Below are positions 7,160 to 12,623 of a DNA stretch of 12,623 nucleotides, one piece after another. The notes beneath the pieces were generated by a model. That model saw only the letters and a program-made list of their open reading frames with translations. It was not told where the DNA came from and ran no database searches. The DNA lies in the UHGV virus genome UHGV-0265509; one strand, 5' to 3'. Each line of letters starts with the position of its first letter. The stretch's first letter is position 1. Both the position numbers and the translations under genes were made by a program. Origin of the DNA: a virus.

Positions 7160-8138
7160 TATATCCGCCTTGTAACGATGACACTTCGTCGCCTAACACC
7201 AACTCGACACGATTTTTCCGTCGCTCCCAACTGACGACGTCATCGTCGCGCACTAAAACAAATTCGTAATCGTAGGGCCGAAATTTAAATAATTCGACGA
7301 CCAGGTGTCTAAATGCAGGGTTGTTATTGAAACACCCTATCTCTAATGGTGCCGCTGTTGTCGATGCAATCTGCAGAGCACGGTATAACAAAGTCCGTCC
7401 GATACCACGCCCCCGATGTGTTTCACTTACCGCAATGGCTTTTAATTCACACTCGTTAAGATTACGTAATTTAACTTGCACCACGCCCACAACATCGTTG
7501 CCGTCCATCCAAACGTAGGTGTGGTGGTTGACGTGACGTACTAATTCCACCAACGTTTCGACTTGTGGCATGATTTGTCGTGTGCGGCCCACAGGGTCAG
7601 CGTTGATGTTTTCAACGACGCTCGTACCCAAAAGCAACATAAGCTGTTCGCGTTGTGTGGCAGTTAGCTCTTTATAAAAATCGCCAGAAATATTCTTCAC
7701 GTTCGTTGGTAGTGCGACATCCAGTAACTTACGTGTGCCTAAACGGTACGTAGAGTGGGCGTGTCTAAATCCCAGGTCATTAAGCTCAGAGATTTCTTCT
7801 ACACCACTGGCAATTCGGTTAAGGTACGTAAAACCGGTATAGTCGAGTACCAGTAGTAGGTTCAGTTTGTTCAAACAACCCGGTACAATCTCATGCATAT
7901 ACAAGCAGTGTAACGTTGGGTCGCCGTAAATGTGTTTTGTGATGATAAACCCTTGAATTGTTTTTCCTTTTTGTAAAGAGAACGTATTCAGTTCACTATT
8001 GCACAACGCCTCACGAATCACCGCACCGTTAGGGCCCGATAAACAAGCTTGGAGTTGAGGGTTGCGAATGTCTCTGCGTGCTAAACGTCCTACTGTTAAA
8101 TCCGTGGCGGTACGTTCTATAGTCTTCCTAAAAGCCAT
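7140..8138 (-). CDS. two-domain protein (332 aa): unknown N-terminal domain fused to a C-terminal GNAT acetyltransferase domain
   Basis: ATG at 8136-8138 with SD AAGGAG; C-terminal part carries the GNAT acetyl-CoA motif (LKAIAVSETHRGRGIGRTLLYRALQIA, i.e. R-x-x-G-x-G); the first ~200 residues have no recognisable motif; 20-nt overlap with the dam start. Confidence 0.65.
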   Translation of the reverse strand: MAFRKTIERTATDLTVGRLARRDIRNPQLQACLSGPNGAVIREALCNSELNTFSLQKGKTIQGFIITKHIYGDPTLHCLYMHEIVPGCLNKLNLLLVLDYTGFTYLNRIASGVEEISELNDLGFRHAHSTYRLGTRKLLDVALPTNVKNISGDFYKELTATQREQLMLLLGTSVVENINADPVGRTRQIMPQVETLVELVRHVNHHTYVWMDGNDVVGVVQVKLRNLNECELKAIAVSETHRGRGIGRTLLYRALQIASTTAAPLEIGCFNNNPAFRHLVVELFKFRPYDYEFVLVRDDDVVSWERRKNRVELVLGDEVSSLQGGYNAETNY

Positions 8139-8185
8139 TTTAATTACTCCTTAAAAGGTCGTCTCAAAACAATACACTATAGCTG

Positions 8186-8220
8186 TAAAAACAAAAAAGA
8201 ATGGGGAACCGAAGTTCCCC
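8186..8220 (-). terminator. rho-independent terminator
   Basis: 7-bp GC-rich stem GGGGAAC / GTTCCCC (8203-8209 and 8214-8220); the RNA loop is UUCG, followed by AUUCUUUUUUGUUUUU on the minus strand. Confidence 0.8.
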
Positions 8221-8319
8221 TATATTAGTTAGCCGAACAGTCCCTCATCAAAATTCAAAGTGGGGGCTTCATGTAGTATTTCCATTGCCATGATTTTTAC
8301 TCCCGAAACGGTTCTTCAA

Positions 8320-8676
8320 TTAATCTCTGAAACCCAATGTTTGTTTAAACACGTTGCTGAGGTATCTCGGTTTTACTGTATTGATGTAATCTATAGCTGA
8401 CTCTGCAGTCACTTTAACCACACAGCGGCCGTTAGTGGACTCAAAGGTCACGCTGTATTTCAAACGCAACATGTCAGCAACTTTCATTATCGTCCCCAGC
8501 CCTAAACGTTCTGCGTGCTCGTTCTTAATTGAAGAAATAACTGACGGCGAAACTCTTGCTAGTTGAGCTATCTCACGTTGGGTAATTTTACCGCTCACCA
8601 AATGTCGAATGATGTAGCCTAGACGAATAACTAACTGTTCTTTTGCAATGGTGATGGTATTATGTTTATACGCCAT
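8320..8676 (-). CDS. XRE/Cro-CI family helix-turn-helix transcriptional regulator (118 aa)
   Basis: Start taken at ATG 8674-8676 (SD AGGA) rather than the GTG at 8730. HTH signature ITQREIAQLARVSPSVISSIKNEH is typical of XRE-family repressors. Confidence 0.6.
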   Translation of the reverse strand: MAYKHNTITIAKEQLVIRLGYIIRHLVSGKITQREIAQLARVSPSVISSIKNEHAERLGLGTIMKVADMLRLKYSVTFESTNGRCVVKVTAESAIDYINTVKPRYLSNVFKQTLGFRD

Positions 8677-8709
8677 GGTATCTAATCCTAATCTGTAAAC
8701 GTGTCGTAA

Positions 8710-8728
8710 GAGATTATATTGTAATCTC
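8710..8728. promoter_or_regulatory. inverted repeat GAGATTA-N5-TAATCTC overlapping a consensus -10 (TATAAT, minus strand, plus 8713-8718); candidate autoregulatory operator/promoter of the XRE gene
   Basis: 7-bp arms at 8710-8716 and 8722-8728; perfect TATAAT on the minus strand inside the repeat; the -35 is weak (ATGTTA). About 35 nt upstream of the XRE start. Confidence 0.3.
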
Positions 8729-8745
8729 ACTAAGGTAACATCTAT

Positions 8746-8789
8746 CTGAGAAAAAATAAAATATAGGTACCACCGTTGGGTGGTACCTA
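8746..8789 (-). terminator. rho-independent terminator
   Basis: 11-bp stem (8764-8774 and 8779-8789, core GGTACCACC / GGTGGTACC), loop of 4 nt, followed on the minus strand by UAUAUUUUAUUUUUUCUC; directly after the stop of the kinase gene. Confidence 0.8.
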
Positions 8790-8794
8790 AGCGG

Positions 8795-9418
8795 TTAGTT
8801 TGCTAAAATGTGCGTAACAATCTCTGCGGCTTTCAAACGGTAATCGTCATTCTGCGTTACCGGTAATAACGTGTGAAGACAACCGCCTTCTGTTAAGATG
8901 TGGTGTGCAAAACGATAATGGTCACGTAAACCATCCCAACATTGGTTGTCTTTTAGATACTTAACAGTAAGTACCTCATCATCCCAATTCTTACCTTGTT
9001 CTTCTACACGTTTCTTAAATCGTGTTAACGCTGTTGGGTAATCAACATCTGTCCAAACATAAAGGTCAGGAGTGTGGAAATGACGAGTTAGCTTACGTTG
9101 GAAAACCACGTCCTTACCATCTGTCCCCTGATAAACAATCGTTGAAGGACAGAAGCGATCGAAAATAACGACATCGTATTCATCAACGACATGGTCCAAC
9201 GTGTGAAGGAAATCATCACACATTGCTTCAGCAATTTTTGTTTTCGAGGCAGACTGTACAACCAAACTGCGTGCACGAATGCCCGCCTCAGTTTCAGACG
9301 TCGGATGGTTCCGAATACAAACTTTTAATCCTGCGGATTCCAACATCGCTTTTACCATTTTACACAACGTTGATTTCCCAGAAAAATCAGGACCATCAAT
9401 AGACACTGTCTTAAGCAT
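8795..9418 (-). CDS. tmk: thymidylate kinase (dTMP kinase) family nucleotide kinase
   Basis: 207 aa; P-loop SIDGPDFSGKST (E. coli Tmk IEGLEGAGKTT), RNHPTSETEAGIRARSLVV (Tmk TREPGGTQLAEKLRSLVL), FDRF...STIVYQG (Tmk GDRH...STQAYQG), PDLYVWTDVD (Tmk PDLTLYLDV). Monocistronic, between two terminators. Substrate not determinable from sequence. Confidence 0.75.
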   Translation of the reverse strand: MLKTVSIDGPDFSGKSTLCKMVKAMLESAGLKVCIRNHPTSETEAGIRARSLVVQSASKTKIAEAMCDDFLHTLDHVVDEYDVVIFDRFCPSTIVYQGTDGKDVVFQRKLTRHFHTPDLYVWTDVDYPTALTRFKKRVEEQGKNWDDEVLTVKYLKDNQCWDGLRDHYRFAHHILTEGGCLHTLLPVTQNDDYRLKAAEIVTHILAN

Positions 9419-9453
9419 TATTGTTTTACCTTTTTACGCACGTTAAGTGAAAC

Positions 9454-9468
9454 CTCTCACAATGAGAG
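9454..9468. promoter_or_regulatory. inverted repeat CTCTCA-N3-TGAGAG in the kinase upstream region; candidate operator
   Basis: 6-bp arms at 9454-9459 and 9463-9468, about 35-50 nt upstream of the kinase ATG; contains the TCTCAC hexamer also present in the palindromes at 4037-4050 and 8726-8731. Confidence 0.2.
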
Positions 9469-9486
9469 TAACAGTTGTAATAATTT

Positions 9487-9525
9487 ACAATAAAAAAGAA
9501 ACCCGCCCCTACCGTTAAGTAGGGG
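9487..9525 (-). terminator. rho-independent terminator
   Basis: 7-bp stem CCCCTAC / GTAGGGG (9506-9512 and 9519-9525), 6-nt loop, followed on the minus strand by CGGGUUUCUUUUUUAUUG; directly after the stop of gene 9533..10138. Confidence 0.7.
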
Positions 9526-9532
9526 TAAGGTT

Positions 9533-10138
9533 TTATTGGTGATCAACAATCGGATCACTCCACACTTCTGACGTTTCCGGCGCGGTGAGGTTAGCAGCCT
9601 GTGCAGAAGTTACGCACAGCAAGACTAACCCTTGTTTAGCAAGATAATGTTGCATTCTTGCTGCCTGCACGGCGGTGTCCACAATAACGAGCTCAGCGTC
9701 ACGTAGAAGCGTTAGAGCTGCTTGCCCCTCTTGCGGTGTGGTTAAAGCATCACTGTCGTCTAGAATGCGTTTAAGGCGGTTATACGCCAACCCAGTTACA
9801 TTACTCCGGCCTGCACGAAGATCAACGACCATATTGCTATATTCCCCCACCACTTGTTGCGTCGAGTTTGGATAAAATCGAAACGCAGCACGGCGACGTT
9901 TACGTCGCACCTCAGAAATCGCGCGTTGTAAAACCAACAATACGTATTTCGGAGCCGCTTCGCTATTCGGTCGTCGCATCTTGGCTAAACGTGCAGCTAA
10001 ATCCAAAATTTTCGTTAAGGGATAGCGGTGTTTAAACCCGTCACGTTCGATAGTAACGCCACGTTTAGGCAACTTGCCTGTTTTGTTGATATACGATACT
10101 GTAATCAATAGTAATGAATCGAGAATCATCTCTGACAT
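9533..10138 (-). CDS. hypothetical protein (201 aa)
   Basis: ATG at 10136-10138 with SD GAGGG about 9 nt upstream; uninterrupted ORF; Arg-rich central segment (RRKRRRAAFRFY); function unknown. Confidence 0.55.
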   Translation of the reverse strand: MSEMILDSLLLITVSYINKTGKLPKRGVTIERDGFKHRYPLTKILDLAARLAKMRRPNSEAAPKYVLLVLQRAISEVRRKRRRAAFRFYPNSTQQVVGEYSNMVVDLRAGRSNVTGLAYNRLKRILDDSDALTTPQEGQAALTLLRDAELVIVDTAVQAARMQHYLAKQGLVLLCVTSAQAANLTAPETSEVWSDPIVDHQ

Positions 10139-10152
10139 TACAAGGCCCTCTC

Positions 10153-10524
10153 TTAGAACCCCTCAAGAACAGCTTTCACAAATTCGTAAACCGTGCGTCG
10201 GTGTTCTTCAAGCGGATAAACAAACTTAGAATAATCGTTGTTCCAGACAACCGGATAGAGGTCGCCGTCACAACTTAAATAGCTCTTACGAACCATGTAA
10301 TAATCTAAACCTACACGGAAGTTTAACGACAGACTACCGTGTTTACTACAAACGTGTAGCTGGAGCGATTTCACACCGTCGTGGGTTGGTGATTCAATCG
10401 TTTCCGCATACAATACATCCGAACACTGTTCTATAACGCTAACGACATCTCTGAGGTTGTTGTCTGCATCGATGGTCGCCTTTCGGAGAGCGTCGGTGTA
10501 TTGCTGAAGTTCTCGATAGAACAT
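10153..10524 (-). CDS. hypothetical protein (123 aa)
   Basis: ATG at 10522-10524 with SD GGAG 9 nt upstream; the start lies 94 nt inside the upstream ORF in another frame. Confidence 0.5.
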   Translation of the reverse strand: MFYRELQQYTDALRKATIDADNNLRDVVSVIEQCSDVLYAETIESPTHDGVKSLQLHVCSKHGSLSLNFRVGLDYYMVRKSYLSCDGDLYPVVWNNDYSKFVYPLEEHRRTVYEFVKAVLEGF

Positions 10525-11063
10525 CCTGCTAATCTCCTGTCTCTACCGTAAGGTAGAGGAAATGCTTTGTGTTCAAATTCTGCAACGACATACGCAGGAT
10601 AGAACAAAAGGTATTTATAGAACGTAGCCAACGTAACGTCTTTCGGGGTGGCTAAAAAGTAATTAAGATCGGGGTTGTCTGGAAAAGCAAAATGCAACCC
10701 TGTATATACCTGGCCTTTATACTCCCCATTAAAGGGCGTCACTGCACATCGTGGGTGTGTCGGCTCGACATGTAACCAACGACTCCCAACATGATAAACA
10801 GCGCGTACTGTGGCGTTTCGAGTTTTACCCAAGTAACGGCAGCGAATATTCTTTTCCCATGCAACACGTTGCGCGGGTGAACCCAGAGAAACAAACCGTG
10901 TTAAAGCCTCGGGCGTAAAGTAATCAAAAATGCCTGTCGGTAAACACCAACACGCTTTATCGATTCGTACCACTCTCCAACCAGGACGAAAACCCACAGC
11001 GTAACGCTCTACACCAAAAGTATATCTAGACCCGTCATGAAACGGTACGAATCTTGCAGCCAT
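10431..11063 (-). CDS. hypothetical protein (210 aa)
   Basis: ATG at 11061-11063, 1 nt after the GNAT gene stop; Trp/Tyr/Phe-rich; C-terminal ~30 codons overlap the next gene and contain a hairpin, so the true 3' end is uncertain. Confidence 0.5.
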   Translation of the reverse strand: MAARFVPFHDGSRYTFGVERYAVGFRPGWRVVRIDKACWCLPTGIFDYFTPEALTRFVSLGSPAQRVAWEKNIRCRYLGKTRNATVRAVYHVGSRWLHVEPTHPRCAVTPFNGEYKGQVYTGLHFAFPDNPDLNYFLATPKDVTLATFYKYLLFYPAYVVAEFEHKAFPLPYGRDRRLAGCSIENFSNTPTLSERRPSMQTTTSEMSLAL

Positions 11064-11064
11064 T

Positions 11065-11532
11065 TTAGATTTCCTTTATCATTTCCCTGCATTCGGTACG
11101 GAATCCCATTTTCTCATACAGGGAGATAGCTTTAACGTTGTTGTCTAACACATCCAGACTCATCCAACCACAGCCTTTGGACTTTCCGTATTCACGGACT
11201 TTGTCCATAAGCGCACGACCTACCCCTTGAGAACGTGCTTCGGGAATCACGTAGTAGTTCCCAATATAAACAAATGTGTCCTTTGAGCAAGAGCCCATTG
11301 AAAACGTCATGAAGCCCAAAAGTTGTTCGTCGCCATCCACCGCACACGCACAGAGATAATCTTGAGGCCAAATCTCTTCTAAGTGTTCAATTGGGTTGAA
11401 CGTGTCGCGTCCGGTTAACTGACTAATACGCACTTTCTCTTCTGCGAACAGCATGTTGTGCAGTTTGAGTACCTGGTCGCCGTATAACTTTCCGTATTTA
11501 CTGTCGGGTTTGAGAATAATAGTGATACGCAT
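11065..11532 (-). CDS. GNAT family N-acetyltransferase (155 aa)
   Basis: ATG at 11530-11532 in TAATG overlap with the upstream gene, SD GAGG; canonical GNAT motif A (YVIPEARSQGVGRALMDKVREYGKSKG) and motif B-like LYEKMGF. Confidence 0.8.
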   Translation of the reverse strand: MRITIILKPDSKYGKLYGDQVLKLHNMLFAEEKVRISQLTGRDTFNPIEHLEEIWPQDYLCACAVDGDEQLLGFMTFSMGSCSKDTFVYIGNYYVIPEARSQGVGRALMDKVREYGKSKGCGWMSLDVLDNNVKAISLYEKMGFRTECREMIKEI

Positions 11533-12623
11533 TATTTAACCTCAATCAGCGACAATCTGCACCATTCCAGTAAGCCCTCCGCAACGCGCACTAACGTGGT
11601 AGTAAACGCATCTTCTAAACGCAGCGCGTTTTTATACCGAACGGTAGCATCGCGTAACTCACGACCATCTAACGACTTCAGCTCTTTTTTCATTCGCTGA
11701 ACTTCATCGTAAATACCAGTATAACCAACACTACGTCGTTTCGTACCACGCTGACGTAACGCTCGGATAATGTTTCTAACAGCATCGAGAGCTGAACCGA
11801 TCTCGTGCAAGTTCAGCGATTTGATTGTGTGGCCAAAATCACCATCGCGGGCAATCGCCCACTCAATCTTACCGCTGTCGTGTTCAACGACCACCACGTT
11901 ACCAGGCCACGGATACGCTTTCACCGTTTTAAACGGATCAATAATACCGAACAGTCCTGCGCTTCGTTTAATCGCCCAGCTCGTTGACCGTCCCACTTTC
12001 TCCAAACCGCTCTCGGTAACTTTCTTGCTCTTACCGATAATAGTGCGTGTTTTAACGGTATACTCGTTGACCATCGCATCCATTGCGCTCAGGTTCTTAC
12101 TGAACTCAATACACGCTTTTACGTTAGGCTTGTCTTCTAAACAAACTTTGGTTGTCCAACTTCCCGTGTCGCAGTCGACCGGTTTTAAAGTGTCCTTGAT
12201 GCCGAGTAAACTTAGCTTTGCGGTTAACTTTTCCAGTTTGCGTTCTAAGGTCGTCGCTTTAGACGTCGCTTCTTTTAATTCCTTAATGACTTCTTTACCG
12301 GCGGCTTCCGCGAAGTCGACAAAACGTAACGCAAGTTGCTTAGAATGTTTACCTGCGAAGTTTCCGGTTGCCTTAGCCCCCGCTATCGCTGCCTTTCCAG
12401 CAATACGACCAGCCCCTTTAACCGCTCTGCCGGTCGCGCGTGCGACCGCTTTACCTACCCCTGCGTAAGGCTCAGTGTCCGCAACAAATTGCGCGCGTTC
12501 CATCATCGCTGCGGACTCTAGCGCAACCTGCACATCGTCTAAAACCCACCGTTTTCGGATAGCGACAATCGCCGGATAATTGTCTTTAACATTAAGCGAC
12601 TCTAACGCGACCAATCGATCGTA
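11532..12623 (-). CDS. hypothetical protein, 5'-partial (at least 363 codons in window), Ala/Gly/Lys-rich segment
   Basis: The reading frame stays open to the window edge (12623); the ORF-track start at 12612-12614 is a TTG, so the true start is probably outside the window. Contains the low-complexity tract AVARATGRAVKGAGRIAGKAAIAGAKATGNFAGK; function unknown. Confidence 0.55.
   Translation of the reverse strand, partial: YDRLVALESLNVKDNYPAIVAIRKRWVLDDVQVALESAAMMERAQFVADTEPYAGVGKAVARATGRAVKGAGRIAGKAAIAGAKATGNFAGKHSKQLALRFVDFAEAAGKEVIKELKEATSKATTLERKLEKLTAKLSLLGIKDTLKPVDCDTGSWTTKVCLEDKPNVKACIEFSKNLSAMDAMVNEYTVKTRTIIGKSKKVTESGLEKVGRSTSWAIKRSAGLFGIIDPFKTVKAYPWPGNVVVVEHDSGKIEWAIARDGDFGHTIKSLNLHEIGSALDAVRNIIRALRQRGTKRRSVGYTGIYDEVQRMKKELKSLDGRELRDATVRYKNALRLEDAFTTTLVRVAEGLLEWCRLSLIEVK

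Noticed and set aside
6472-7518. Plus-strand ORFs 6472..6705 and 7321..7518 inside dam and the GNAT-fusion gene
   Set aside because: Antisense to genes with strong motif support (Dam, GNAT); no SD or promoter.
8677-8730. N-terminal extension of the XRE regulator ORF (GTG start at 8730)
   Set aside because: The extension would cover the predicted -10 element and inverted repeat; the ATG at 8676 with an AGGA SD gives a typical ~118-aa XRE protein.
9088-9276. Minus-strand 62-aa ORF nested inside the thymidylate-kinase gene
   Set aside because: Out of frame within a gene with clear Tmk motifs; no SD.
9675-9875. Plus-strand ORF (66 aa) inside gene 9533..10138
   Set aside because: Antisense shadow ORF; Arg/Ser-rich; no translation signals.
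11770-12468. 232-aa plus-strand ORF (with the nested 11805..11987 and 12336..12521 ORFs) antisense to the long minus-strand gene
   Set aside because: Ser/Leu/Pro/Ala-rich low-complexity translation typical of the antisense frame of a real gene; no SD; it would be the only plus-strand gene in the window.
1-12623. CRISPR arrays, tRNA genes, IS elements or terminal inverted repeats
   Set aside because: No regularly spaced direct repeats, no transposase or integrase-like ORF, and the GC-rich hairpins are each followed by U-tracts at gene ends (terminators), not in cloverleaf-compatible arrangements. A tRNA scan could not be run, so small RNAs cannot be fully excluded.
1-12623. GATC depletion or enrichment as a signature of Dam-related selection
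   Set aside because: GATC sites are clearly present (for example at 1135-1138 and 12617-12620), but I could not count them reliably by eye against expectation, so no claim is made; the decisive test is an observed/expected GATC count with a Markov background.

Overview
The whole 12.6-kb window is one densely packed, strictly unidirectional gene array. Every credible gene (about 26) lies on the minus strand, many joined by ATGA/TAATG stop-start overlaps, and the array is punctuated by five strong rho-independent terminators. Recognisable content is an E. coli-like Dam DNA adenine methyltransferase, a thymidylate-kinase homologue, two GNAT acetyltransferase domains and an XRE-type HTH regulator; the remaining ORFs have no function I can recognise. 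This architecture and content fit best with an early/accessory region of a bacteriophage or prophage of a Gram-negative host, but I cannot name the phage. The most interesting candidate is a terminator-bounded operon (GNAT-fusion protein, Dam, a translationally coupled 257-aa protein, a 75-aa protein and a strongly acidic 168-aa protein) that looks like a DNA-modification or anti-restriction module with uncharacterised parts. Other leads are a possible HslV/proteasome-like Ntn hydrolase, a tandem pair of paralogous Cys-pair membrane-anchored small proteins, and a TCTCAC-containing inverted repeat recurring in three regulatory regions. All functional calls come from motif recognition by eye on the translations; no database search or computation was possible, and GC content and species assignment are rough impressions only.
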